In this document: positions 30,543 to 40,322 of the stretch, one piece after another
Numbering within the stretch: the first letter of the stretch is position 1
Layout: each line of letters begins with the position of its first letter
Source: Armatimonadota bacterium
GTDB lineage: Bacteria; Armatimonadota; SYMT01
Reading direction: 5' to 3'
Length of the DNA stretch: 64,000 nt
Assembly: GCA_041690135.1 (NCBI GenBank)
Contig: JAWLHY010000002.1
Location: 1,104,342 to 1,168,341 of the forward strand
Notes under the pieces: model-generated
The model's database searches: none
Seen by the model: the letters and a program-made list of their open reading frames with translations, nothing else
Told to the model about the DNA's origin: nothing
Translations under genes and position numbers: made by a program

Positions 30543-30812
30543 ATGTGTCGAAACATTCGCCCCCTGTTCAATTTCGCGCCGCCGACGACGGAAGAAGAGA
30601 TCCGTGCGGCCGCGCTCCAGTACGTGAGGAAGATCAGCGGCTACAACCGCCCCTCGCAGGCAAACGAGGCCGCTTTCCGTCACGCGGTCCACGAGATTGC
30701 CCGGATCTCCACCGAGCTCCTGGACTCTCTGGAGACCTCGGCTCCACCCAGGGACCGGGAGGTGGAGGCAGCGCGGGCGAAAGCCCGTTCTGCCCGGAGG
30801 TTTGGAGGGTGA
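30543..30812 (+). CDS. DUF2277 family protein
   Basis: MCRNIRPLFNFAPP...AALQYVRKISG. Confidence 0.9.
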   Translation: MCRNIRPLFNFAPPTTEEEIRAAALQYVRKISGYNRPSQANEAAFRHAVHEIARISTELLDSLETSAPPRDREVEAARAKARSARRFGG

Positions 30813-30843
30813 GGGGTGTGGGGGTGTGGAGAGTCGAGTAGTC

Positions 30844-31200
30844 ATGAAGTACCTGTGCCTGGTGTACATACCGGAAGAAGACCTGACGAGGGTCGTGGGA
30901 GAGGCGGGGACCGCCTGCCCCTGCGAAGGCGAGGCATGGGTCGAGGAGTTGGAACAGCGGGGGCAGCATGTGCTCACGCTGAGCCTGGAGCCGGTGCGGA
31001 CCGCCGGCACGGTGCGGATTCGCAACGGTAGTGTCTCCGCCGAAGAGCAACCCGAACCCGCGCAACGCGAGGTCCTGGGCGGCTTCTCCGTCATCAATGC
31101 CCGTGACCTGAATGAGGCGATCTTTCTGGCCTCTCAACTTCCGGCCGCCCGCGCAGGTTGCGTGGAGATTCGGCCGGTTCTCAACTTGCGGCCGGCGTGA
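30844..31200 (+). CDS. Second YciI family protein with a degenerate DGPF motif
   Basis: MKYLCLVY...EVLGGF..INARDLNEA...VEIRP; the DGPF position reads EQPE. Confidence 0.8.
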   Translation: MKYLCLVYIPEEDLTRVVGEAGTACPCEGEAWVEELEQRGQHVLTLSLEPVRTAGTVRIRNGSVSAEEQPEPAQREVLGGFSVINARDLNEAIFLASQLPAARAGCVEIRPVLNLRPA

Positions 31201-31514
31201 ACAGATCCGGCGCCAGCCTCACCATTGGTAGTTAGCCGCTGCCTTCGGGTCTCGGAAATGGGTGGGCGGCAATGATCATCGCCGCGCTACCGGGGTTGTA
31301 CGAGCTACAACCGCCATGGCCTTGGAACCAGACTGCTTCCGCGCGTCCGACGACGTTCCCAGCCAGATGCCTACACTTTAACCAACGGCGCGCCTCTCCG
31401 GGCGCCGGTTGACCCCCAGAAAGTATTCTGCTGCCGCAAGCAAAAACCTGTCCCAACGGTGTCCATAAGGTGAGAACGGGCGCGGTGGAGCACCGGTGCG
31501 CGTGGGGATCACCG

Positions 31515-32111
31515 ATGGAGCGAGGCATAGGGTTGGCGGTGGCGCCCGAATTAAGACAGGTAGTTGCAGATCCGGACCGCGCGCTGATACGGGAAGCCCT
31601 TGCGGGAGACGAAGCGGCCTTCGAAACCCTGATGGCTCGTCACTGGCGGTCCATGACCGGCGTCGCGATGCAACTTCTGGCACGCCCCGATGATGCGGAG
31701 GATGCGGTTCAGGAAGCTTTCCTCCAGGCCTTCACTCACCTTCACGGTTACCGTGGGGATGCGAGCGTCAAGACCTGGCTGCTGCGGATTGTGATCAATG
31801 TGTGCCGCAACAAGCAGCGTCAGTGGTGGCGACGCCCCTGGATTCTCGTGGAAGATTCCCGCCAACTCCAATGTGAGGTGGAACCGTCGGTGGGCCAGGG
31901 GGACGAGTATCTCCAGCAGCAAGCGGTGCTGGAGGCGGTGCGGCGATTACCCGAGAAGCTGCGCCTGCCCTTTGTGCTGCACTTTTTGGAAGACCTTACC
32001 GGCGCCGAAGTGGCGCGGCTGCTGGGATGTAAGGAAAGCACCGTCTGGTCGCGGATCTACACCGCTCGCAAGGTGCTCCAGGCGCAATTGAAGGCGTGGG
32101 ACGATGAGTAG
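31515..32111 (+). CDS. ECF sigma-70 family RNA polymerase sigma factor
   Basis: DAEDAVQEAF; TWLLRIVIN; region 4 HTH (EVARLLGC..STVWSR). Confidence 0.9.
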   Translation: MERGIGLAVAPELRQVVADPDRALIREALAGDEAAFETLMARHWRSMTGVAMQLLARPDDAEDAVQEAFLQAFTHLHGYRGDASVKTWLLRIVINVCRNKQRQWWRRPWILVEDSRQLQCEVEPSVGQGDEYLQQQAVLEAVRRLPEKLRLPFVLHFLEDLTGAEVARLLGCKESTVWSRIYTARKVLQAQLKAWDDE

Positions 32112-32162
32112 CCAGCTGGTACGTGCTTCCAGTTCGGCGGCAAATGGTGGGGAGATACTGCG

Positions 32163-34829
32163 ATGTTTTGCTCACGGGTACGAATCCTGTTGACGCGCCG
32201 CGTGCGAGAAGAACTCGCACCGGCACAACAGGAAGCTCTGGAAGAGCACCTGGAGCGTTGTCCCCGGTGCCGTGCGGAGGCTACCGAGTTGCGTGAGTTT
32301 GCAGTCCGGATGGAGAACGCGCGCCAGGCCTACCGGGCGCGGCCCGGCGGCGCCCCACCCGCTCTGCGCAGCCTTTTCCCAGCAGGTTCGGCGGCCGAAC
32401 AGCGCCGGCGATACCGCCGGATTCCGTTGTGGGCTATTGCGGGCGCCGGTGCGGCGGTAGGGCTGATCGTACTGGTCCGGCCGCCGCAGCCCCCGGCGAG
32501 CCAGGCGGGCCTCAGCAAGAGTGTTCACGCTGTTCCTGGTGGCGGGGGGAGCGCACGCGCCGAAGGTGAACCGGCGGAAAGGTTGGCCCAGCCAGCGCGC
32601 CAACCTTTCCGGTCGCCTCGGAACCGCCCCGTGACGGCGTCCACTCCCATGCCGGGTTTCCCGTCGCAGCCTGTGCCTCCAGGCACTTCCGCGGCACCGG
32701 AGCCTCCGGACGGCTCACGCCCGCTCGCCATGGACGACGCGGAATTCCTGGACGGGCATGATCCGCAACTGGGCTCCTGGCGCCTGACGGGAGACAGTAA
32801 GGACGAAGCGGCGTTGGATTGGCTCCGCCGCCAACTGCCCCCGATGCAGGATGATTTCGTGCGACTCCGGCTTCCCCGCCTCGTGGATGCCAGACCGGGC
32901 GATCCGGCTGTGCGGTCCGCCCTTCGGGAAGCGGACCGAGAGGCCAAGGTGGTGGACGCGCGACTCTTCGCGAAGGTCACCCTCCAGCTCAAGGGCGCAT
33001 CCCTTGACGAGCTCTGCATCGAGCTGGAGAAGCAGACTCGCGTGCGGCTCCGGTCCTCTCGCGGAGTGCAAGACGAAAAGGTCACGGTGTTCGTGAAGGA
33101 GAAGCCCGCCCGGGAGGTGATGCGGGCGGTCGCGCGCCTTTTCGGATATCTGTGGGACCGCCAGGGGGAAGAAGGCCGGTACCGTTACACCCTCACCCAG
33201 GACCTCCGCTCCCAATTGGCCGAGGGAGAAATGCGGGACCGGGACCTCAACGCCGCGCTGGTGGCTCTCGATCAGGCCATGCAGGCTTATGCTCCTTATA
33301 CCGAGCTCTCTCTTGAACAACTTCAGGCGAAGTATGCCCAGGCGCAAGGGCGGCAGCGCGAGCGTCTGTCGAGGATTGTGGGTTCCGGTTGGGGTGCACT
33401 CCAGCTCTATCGGAACCTTTCCCCCGGCGATTTTGCGGAGTTGCGAAAGGGCGGGGACCTGGTCTATGGCGAGCATTCGGGGGCAAACCGGCCGCTGCCG
33501 GAGGCGCTGAAACGGTCCATTCTTCAGTCCACCGGGATGCGCGTGGAGACTGTCGAAGGGCTGCACCGCCTGAACCGGACACAGGGCACGCCGGTGTGGG
33601 ATGTTCCCGGTTACAGCCCGCAGGTCACCCTGCGGATCAACCGCGCGGAATTGGGTCAACTGGCGCTGGAAGCCGAAGTCGGCATCCGCGATCCCCACGG
33701 GAACGTCGGTTCCTCCCGTACCATCCTGGCAACGGGGAAGAGCCCGTCTACCGAGAAGCCGGACAATGCGAGGGCGAATGCCGGCCTGCGAGAAAGGCCC
33801 CACTTCCGGCGCGAAGTGCTCTTGAGACCGCAGCCATCCTGCCCGCGTTTCAGCGAAGGGACCCGCACGCCACCTTCGGTGTTTTCGCCGCCTGCGTCGT
33901 CTCCGCCTCGCGATCTCCGGTTGGATGCAGTGGCGCGTCGCGCCCACGTGACCAGTGCGGACACCTGGGAGGCGGTCCACCGGGCGACGGGCTTCCCCAT
34001 CGTGGCCGACTTCTATACCCGTCTCCACCCCGTGGAAGCTACCACGCTCTCCAGGAGCAGTGTCTTCAGTACGTTGTGCCACGTCGGGGACCAGTTGGAC
34101 GCACGGTGGCGGTTGGATGGCGAGTTCCTCCTGGCACGCGGGACGGGTTACTACTGGGACAAGCTCAAAGAGGTTCCCAACCGCCACCTCCGCCGCTGGC
34201 ACGAGACACGAGCGAAGGAAGGGGCGCTTCCCCTGGAGCAGGTCCTCGAACTGGCGACGCTCACGGACGCACAACTCGACTCGGAGCGGGTCGGCCAGGC
34301 CGTTCAACACTGCTGGGGGATCCACGAGTGGGAGATTCTCGGCGGCGGCCAGGCGGTAACCGCAAGACAGCGGCAGCGGGACCGTGCCCATTACCGTCTC
34401 CTCGCCGCACTCACGCCGCCACAGTTGCGGCAGGCGCTGAGTGCCCAGGGGCTCCCCGTAAAGGCGCTGCTTCCGGCCCAACAGCAAGAAATGGCACGTG
34501 TCGAAACGGCGCTGCTTCCTACCACGCTGCGCGCGGCCTATGTGCCGGACGGCTGGTTCTCGTGGGTAAGCCAGCTACCGCCGGGAGAGACCCAGACGAC
34601 TTTCCGGTTCTGGCATGAAGTTCCGGTTATCGCCGCCCGTACCCAGGAGCAAGCCCTGGCCGCCGCGCGTGCGATTTATCCTGGAGTCCATCCGAGCCAG
34701 GTCGACCGCCGGGAAGCGACCCTGGCCGTGTGGTACATCGATCCGCAGGGCCGGCGGATCCTGGAAATCAACAAACCCATGGTGTTTGTTCCCCGGGGGC
34801 AGCAGACCGGTAAGCCTCCGGGGCGCTAA
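32163..34829 (+). CDS. Zinc-finger (ZAS) anti-sigma-like membrane protein with a large extracytoplasmic region containing secretin-N/STN-like domains
   Basis: HLERCPRC; a single TM helix (IPLWAIAGAGAAVGLIVLV); Pro-rich linker; DARLFAKVTLQLKGASLDEL...KVTVFVKEKPAREVMRAVARLFGYLW. Confidence 0.7.
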   Translation: MFCSRVRILLTRRVREELAPAQQEALEEHLERCPRCRAEATELREFAVRMENARQAYRARPGGAPPALRSLFPAGSAAEQRRRYRRIPLWAIAGAGAAVGLIVLVRPPQPPASQAGLSKSVHAVPGGGGSARAEGEPAERLAQPARQPFRSPRNRPVTASTPMPGFPSQPVPPGTSAAPEPPDGSRPLAMDDAEFLDGHDPQLGSWRLTGDSKDEAALDWLRRQLPPMQDDFVRLRLPRLVDARPGDPAVRSALREADREAKVVDARLFAKVTLQLKGASLDELCIELEKQTRVRLRSSRGVQDEKVTVFVKEKPAREVMRAVARLFGYLWDRQGEEGRYRYTLTQDLRSQLAEGEMRDRDLNAALVALDQAMQAYAPYTELSLEQLQAKYAQAQGRQRERLSRIVGSGWGALQLYRNLSPGDFAELRKGGDLVYGEHSGANRPLPEALKRSILQSTGMRVETVEGLHRLNRTQGTPVWDVPGYSPQVTLRINRAELGQLALEAEVGIRDPHGNVGSSRTILATGKSPSTEKPDNARANAGLRERPHFRREVLLRPQPSCPRFSEGTRTPPSVFSPPASSPPRDLRLDAVARRAHVTSADTWEAVHRATGFPIVADFYTRLHPVEATTLSRSSVFSTLCHVGDQLDARWRLDGEFLLARGTGYYWDKLKEVPNRHLRRWHETRAKEGALPLEQVLELATLTDAQLDSERVGQAVQHCWGIHEWEILGGGQAVTARQRQRDRAHYRLLAALTPPQLRQALSAQGLPVKALLPAQQQEMARVETALLPTTLRAAYVPDGWFSWVSQLPPGETQTTFRFWHEVPVIAARTQEQALAAARAIYPGVHPSQVDRREATLAVWYIDPQGRRILEINKPMVFVPRGQQTGKPPGR

Positions 34830-35218
34830 GGTGTTTCGCTCGTCTCCCAATCCCATTCCTCGCCATTACGCCGGCCAAAGGCCAGGCCCAGCGAAAGCCA
34901 CCGGGACCAGAACCGCTCCAGCATCTCAGGGTCCGTGGTCCGCACGTGGACCTGGTCGTGGTGGCAGAACTCGAATTCCAGGTCGCGGCCCGGGACGACG
35001 AAAGTGCGGTCGATGGTGATGAGCGTTCCTTCCCAGGGATCCCACGCTTGCTGTGGAAGTCCCTCGCGGAGGGCGGTGACCATGCGGAAGACGGGAAGAC
35101 GCGCCCGGCCTTCCTGGCATTCGAAGAGCACTTCGGCCACGCCCATTTCGGCCAGGAGCGCGGCGATGACTTCGGCCTCGGCTTCCAATTGCGCCTCATC
35201 AAGGTCACAGTTGGTCAT
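34826..35218 (-). CDS. Hypothetical protein
   Basis: GGAGG RBS before MTNCDL; convergent with the upstream gene, with overlapping stop codons. Confidence 0.6.
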   Translation of the reverse strand: MTNCDLDEAQLEAEAEVIAALLAEMGVAEVLFECQEGRARLPVFRMVTALREGLPQQAWDPWEGTLITIDRTFVVPGRDLEFEFCHHDQVHVRTTDPEMLERFWSRWLSLGLAFGRRNGEEWDWETSETP

Positions 35219-35544
35219 GGCCTCCAGGGGGAGGTTGGAATGCGTGGGTCTGATAGCCATTGCTGGTGATGTACCTCGCAGGTTCACCTGCTATCGGCGC
35301 AGGTGAACCCCCAGCGGCGTGATGGGCACAGGTGCAAGCCCAAGTCCTGCCGTAATGCATTCCGAGTGCGGGTGCAGGATCCTGGTCGGGGACAGCGACA
35401 CCGACCCTGCAGTCCAGGTGCGGGTGCAGTAACTGCTCCGCACAGCAGGAGCCACGTCCTGCGCGCCCACTGGTATGGAGCGAGCTCCGGTAAGTCGAAG
35501 TTGTGGTGCAAATGACCCGGTAGATGCTACCTTGCGTGAGCCGC

Positions 35545-35614
35545 ACGCCATACCGGCAATACGGCGAGCGCGGGTGTCCGGTTACTTCGCCTCTTCGATC
35601 CAGTTGAGATACTC
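35545..35614 (-). pseudogene. Remnant of a YdeI/OmpD-associated (bacteriocin-protection) domain
   Basis: Reads EYLNWIEEAK*PDTRARRIA; TAA at 35582-35584 replaces the second K of the EAKKPETR motif. Confidence 0.55.
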
Positions 35615-35634
35615 GAGCCCGGAGCGAGGAGAGC

Positions 35635-36102
35635 TCACACGCGGGCTCCAATGGCTGCCTCTGACTGTTCCTCCAGGATTTCCTTGAGCCGGGCCAAATC
35701 CTTCCGGTTGGCGCTGCGCATCGCTCCGGCCATCAATGGCGCCATGAGCCGGTTGAACCCCCTGGGCGTGCCGCGGTTCCGCAGCGTCATCCGGGTGCCG
35801 CCATCCGGGGTGGAGGCCCAGGTGTAAATCGTCTCCATCGGGAAGGGGCCTTCCGAGGTCCGCATCATCAGGCGTTCACCCGGGATCCACTCTGCAATCT
35901 CGTAGGTATAAGCCAGGCGTCGGCCCAGGAAGTGGACAACGAAGGCGACTTGCGAGCCCAGGGTGAGCGGCCGAACCGAACACCATTCGACGGACTTGAT
36001 GTTCACATGCCAGTCGGGCGCGTGGTCCGGATCGGCAACAAATGCAGCCACCTCGTTGCGCGGGCGATTGATGGTGATCTCGATCTCCACATCGACATCC
36101 AT
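35635..36102 (-). CDS. SRPBCC/START family protein
   Basis: ITINRPRNEVAAFVADP..APDW; GPFPMET; C-terminal helix DLARLKEILE. Confidence 0.88.
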   Translation of the reverse strand: MDVDVEIEITINRPRNEVAAFVADPDHAPDWHVNIKSVEWCSVRPLTLGSQVAFVVHFLGRRLAYTYEIAEWIPGERLMMRTSEGPFPMETIYTWASTPDGGTRMTLRNRGTPRGFNRLMAPLMAGAMRSANRKDLARLKEILEEQSEAAIGARV

Positions 36103-36240
36103 AACAGCCTCTGGGGTCGGCCGTGCCCCAAGCAATGTTGCACTTTCCGGGCAAAGGTTCCTCTCCCCGCAACATCCGCCGCGAGGAACCGTACTCCCCG
36201 ATGACCAACTGTTCTCCGTTTCCATTTCTTCTTTAAGCCT

Positions 36241-39200
36241 TTGCACTTCCCACCATCCGTTCTCGAATCTGTGGAACGCGAGGCGCTGCCTCGCCTCCTG
36301 GTGGTCGCTCCCGATGCTCGCCTTACGCAGCGCCTGCGCGCCCTGGTCGGCGCCGGATGCATCCTTGACACGGTCTCGGACGCGGAAGCGGCGCTCGAAG
36401 CCATTACCGGCGTAGCCCCGGGCGAGTCGCCGGCTCTGCTCATACGAACGACAGCGGTCACCGGAGTGGAGTTGGAGTTTCTCCGCCGGCTGCGGCTTCT
36501 GGCGGGACGCCCGGGGACTTCCGTTCTACTCGTGGTGGACACCCTGGACGAGGAGGGTCGCCTTTGCGCTCTGGAGACGGGGGCGGACGACTGTCTGCCT
36601 TACGGGTGCAGCGATCGTGAGTTGCGCGCCAGAGTGGAAAGGATGCTGGATCAACAGATCGCCAATTACGGAGCGTGGGAGGAAAGCCGCAGGGCACGAC
36701 ACTGGTTCGAAAGCATTGTGGAAAACGTCGACGATCACCTGGTCGTCTACGACCGGGAGTGGCGCTACCTCTACGTGAATGAGGGCGCTGCCCGCGTGCT
36801 CGGCAAGCGTCGGGAAGAACTGCTCGGACAATGTATCTGGGAGTTGTTCCCGGAAGCCGTGGGGAACCAGTACTACCGGGAACTCCACCAGGCGGTTGCG
36901 GAACAGCGGGTCATCCGTTCCGAGCACTTCTACGCGCCCTGGGGCAACTGGTACGTGAACCAGATCTATCCCTCCCCGTTCGGCGTGATCGTATTCAGCT
37001 CAGTAATCAACTATCGGAAGGAAGTAGAAGAGAAGATCCGGCGGAGTGAAGCCCGCTACCGCGCCCTGGTAGAAGCCAGTTCGCAAGTGGTGTGGACCTG
37101 GGATGCCGGGTCACTTGGCGGGCAATACGCCGCTGTTCAGGATTGGTGGGAGCAACTTACCGGTCAGTCGCCGAATGAACAGGCCGGAGACGGATGGCTG
37201 CGTTTGGTGCACCCGGAAGATCGCGAGACTACCCGCTCCGCCTGGGCCGAGGCGATGGAGAGGGGGACGAAATTCGAGATCGAGTACCGGGTCCGCGCGA
37301 GGGACGGAAGCTATAGCCACCTCTTGAGCCGGGCGGTTCCGGTCTCGGCAGGTACCGACCCAGTCCTGGAATGGGTTGGAATGCTGGTGGATGTCACGGA
37401 GCAACGCCGCGCAGAGGCCGCCTTGCGGCACCACGAAGCCTGGCTGCGCACGATCACCGACGCAGTTCCTTCCATGATCAGCTATGTGGACCGAGAACAC
37501 CGGTACCGGTTCAACAATGCTCCCTACGAGGCATGGTTCGGACAGAACCCACGGGAGATTTGCGGGAGACACTTGCGTGAAGTGCTGGGGGAAGAGGTGT
37601 ACCGGGAACGCCTCCCCTTCGTCGAAGCCGCGCTGGATGGGAAACCCCTGCGGTTCGAGGGCGTGACCCCGCATCGGGATGGAAGGCTGCGCATCACGGA
37701 GGTGAGTTACGTTCCGGACGTGCAGAATGGTGAGGTGGAGGGCTTCTTTGTTCTGGTGCACGACATTACCGAACGGAAACAGGCGGAAACAGCGCTGCAG
37801 GAGAGCAACCGTACCCTGCAGGCCCTGGTAGACGCTACGCCGCTCGCGCTGATGATTCTGGACCCGGACGGCACCGTTCGTCTCTGGAACCCGGCCGCGG
37901 AACGCCTGTACGGCTGGACGGCGGCAGAGGTGCTGGGGAATACTCTTCCCGCCATACCCGCGGATCGGCAGGACGAATTCCACGAACACCTGGAAAAGAT
38001 CGCCTGCGGAGCCGAGATCCTTAGCAAGACGATCCGAAGACACAAACGGGGTGGCGTTCCTTTCGAGGCGCGTCTATGGGCCGTGCCGCTGCAGTACCCG
38101 AACGGGCGGGTGCAGTGCCTGTCCATTATCGAAGACCTTACCGACCGCCAAAGGCTGGAAGCGGAACTGGAGCAGCGAGTGGAGGAACTGGCTGAAGCCG
38201 ACCGCCGAAAAGATGAATTCCTCGCGATGCTGGCGCACGAACTGCGCAATCCCCTGGGGCCTATCCTCAATGCAGTGCAGGTGCTGGGGATGCGCGAAGG
38301 GGGAGAAGCGGGCAGTAAACGTTTGCGCGAGATTATTGCCCGGCAGGCCCGGCAGATGGCCCGCCTACTGGACGACCTGCTGGATGTTTCCCGGATCACG
38401 CGTGGCAAGATCGAACTGCGATTGGAGCAGCAGGATCTGGTGGGACAGGTCGTACAGGCGGTGGAAACTTGCCGGAGTGTGGCGGAGCAGCGCGGACACC
38501 AACTGGTGATATCCGTGCCCGAGGAGCCGGCGCCCGCAGAAGTGGATGCGGCGCGCCTGCAACAAATCCTCGGCAATCTGCTGGGCAATGCCGTCAAGTA
38601 CACCCCGCCTGGGGGGCGCATCGCGATCACACTGAAGTTGGATGGTGCGTCGGCGGTGATCGCCGTGCGGGACAATGGGATCGGCATCCCGCCCGAACTC
38701 CTTCCTCGGGTGTTCGATCTCTTCACCCAGGGTAACCGGTCGCTGGCTCGGGCCGAAGGCGGGCTGGGGATCGGGCTCACCATGGTCAAGAGCCTGGTCG
38801 GTATGCACGGGGGCAGAGTCGAAGTCCGGAGCGATGGTCCGGGCCGAGGGAGTGAGTTCCTGGTATGGCTCCCCCTCACCGAGACATTCCCGCAGTTGCC
38901 TACCGCAGTCCTCCCGGAGGCGGACCAACGGGACGCGCGGCACCGCCGGGTGCTGGTGGTCGATGACTTGCAGGACGGCGCAGACTCCCTGGGCGATCTG
39001 CTGGAAGCGTGGGGATACGAAGTGTGCGTAGTCTATCGGGCGGAAGACGCGTTGCATCTCGTGCAGACCTTTGCGCCGGATATCTTGTTGCTGGACATCG
39101 GACTGCCGGACCTCGACGGTTATACGGTGGCTCGCCGGCTCCGAACATTGCCTGCAAATCGTGGTGCCGTTCTGGTGGCTCTCACGGGGTACGGAAGGCC

Positions 39201-39330
39201 GGAAGATATCAGCCGTGCCCGAGAGGCCGGGTTCGATCATCACCTGACCAAGCCGGTGGACCCGGAGCGATTGCGCAGGCTGCTGGCGGAGCTTGTCGCC
39301 GGGCCAACCGGCGAAACGGGAAGCGCCTGA
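36241..39330 (+). CDS. Hybrid histidine kinase: degenerate N-terminal REC, 4 PAS, HisKA, HATPase, REC
   Basis: FLAMLAHELRNPL; NLLGNAVKYT; GLGIGL; LLDIGLP; HHLTKP. Start (TTG) uncertain. Confidence 0.92.
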   Translation: MHFPPSVLESVEREALPRLLVVAPDARLTQRLRALVGAGCILDTVSDAEAALEAITGVAPGESPALLIRTTAVTGVELEFLRRLRLLAGRPGTSVLLVVDTLDEEGRLCALETGADDCLPYGCSDRELRARVERMLDQQIANYGAWEESRRARHWFESIVENVDDHLVVYDREWRYLYVNEGAARVLGKRREELLGQCIWELFPEAVGNQYYRELHQAVAEQRVIRSEHFYAPWGNWYVNQIYPSPFGVIVFSSVINYRKEVEEKIRRSEARYRALVEASSQVVWTWDAGSLGGQYAAVQDWWEQLTGQSPNEQAGDGWLRLVHPEDRETTRSAWAEAMERGTKFEIEYRVRARDGSYSHLLSRAVPVSAGTDPVLEWVGMLVDVTEQRRAEAALRHHEAWLRTITDAVPSMISYVDREHRYRFNNAPYEAWFGQNPREICGRHLREVLGEEVYRERLPFVEAALDGKPLRFEGVTPHRDGRLRITEVSYVPDVQNGEVEGFFVLVHDITERKQAETALQESNRTLQALVDATPLALMILDPDGTVRLWNPAAERLYGWTAAEVLGNTLPAIPADRQDEFHEHLEKIACGAEILSKTIRRHKRGGVPFEARLWAVPLQYPNGRVQCLSIIEDLTDRQRLEAELEQRVEELAEADRRKDEFLAMLAHELRNPLGPILNAVQVLGMREGGEAGSKRLREIIARQARQMARLLDDLLDVSRITRGKIELRLEQQDLVGQVVQAVETCRSVAEQRGHQLVISVPEEPAPAEVDAARLQQILGNLLGNAVKYTPPGGRIAITLKLDGASAVIAVRDNGIGIPPELLPRVFDLFTQGNRSLARAEGGLGIGLTMVKSLVGMHGGRVEVRSDGPGRGSEFLVWLPLTETFPQLPTAVLPEADQRDARHRRVLVVDDLQDGADSLGDLLEAWGYEVCVVYRAEDALHLVQTFAPDILLLDIGLPDLDGYTVARRLRTLPANRGAVLVALTGYGRPEDISRAREAGFDHHLTKPVDPERLRRLLAELVAGPTGETGSA

Positions 39331-39392
39331 ACTTGCGCCCCGGTTCCCGATCCCGAAACCACTCCAAAGCAAGGAAGTCTGGAGATCTCACT

Positions 39393-40214
39393 ATGGTTCG
39401 CAAGTCCCTGCTCCCATTACTCTTCGCGGTCGCCGCGGTGCTGGCGCTGCGACCGGCCGCCGGTGCCGGAGAGGGCGCTACCCTCCGCAAAGCGCAAGCC
39501 GGCAAGACGCTCCGCGCACTGCTGGTGATCGGTGGTTGCTGCCACGACTATGCCCGCCAGAAGGAACTGACCCACGGGATATCGGAGCGGGCGAACGTGG
39601 AATGGACCGTCGCCTACGACACCGACACCTCCACAAAGCACCTGAACCCCGTGTACGAAAACGCGGATTGGGCCAAAGGGTTCGACGTGGTGGTCCACAA
39701 CGAGTGCTCCGCCGACGTGAAGGATCTCGCCACCATCGACCGGATCCTCAAGCCGCACCGAGAAGGAATGCCGGCCGTGCTGCTGCACTGCGCCATGCAC
39801 TCCTACCGCAGTGAGGGCTGGCCCCAGGCCGTGACGCCCTGGTTCGAGTTCTCGGGGTTGCAGACCACCGGTCATGGGCCGCAGGAGCCGATCGCCATCA
39901 CCTTCACGGATCGAAAGAACTCCATCACGAAGGGGATGTCCGATTGGACCACCGGCAAGGAAGAGCTGTACAACAACTCCGCCGGAAAGCTCCTGGAGAC
40001 CGCTACCCCCCTGGCCAGCGGCCGTCAGACCTACACGGATAAGCAGGGCCGGAAAGTAACCGCTGAGAGCGTAGTGGTGTGGACCAACAACTACCGCAAC
40101 AAGACGAGGGTCTTCGCCACCACGCTGGGCCACAACAACGAGACGGTCGGCGACCCGCGCTACATCGACCTCGTCACCCGCGGCCTGCTGTGGTCGGTCG
40201 GTAGGTCGAAGTAG
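39393..40214 (+). CDS. Secreted ThuA-like (class I GATase-like) domain protein
   Basis: Signal peptide; IGGCCHDY; VLLHCAMHSY; EELY; TTLGH. Confidence 0.85.
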   Translation: MVRKSLLPLLFAVAAVLALRPAAGAGEGATLRKAQAGKTLRALLVIGGCCHDYARQKELTHGISERANVEWTVAYDTDTSTKHLNPVYENADWAKGFDVVVHNECSADVKDLATIDRILKPHREGMPAVLLHCAMHSYRSEGWPQAVTPWFEFSGLQTTGHGPQEPIAITFTDRKNSITKGMSDWTTGKEELYNNSAGKLLETATPLASGRQTYTDKQGRKVTAESVVVWTNNYRNKTRVFATTLGHNNETVGDPRYIDLVTRGLLWSVGRSK

Positions 40215-40322
40215 CCGACGACGCATGGGAAAAGTGGCAGCCGGCAACGTGGAAGCAGCCGCCAAGCTCGAACGATCCTACCGTTCGCGCTGGGACCGCG
40301 AACTGAAAGCGCTGGGCGTCCG

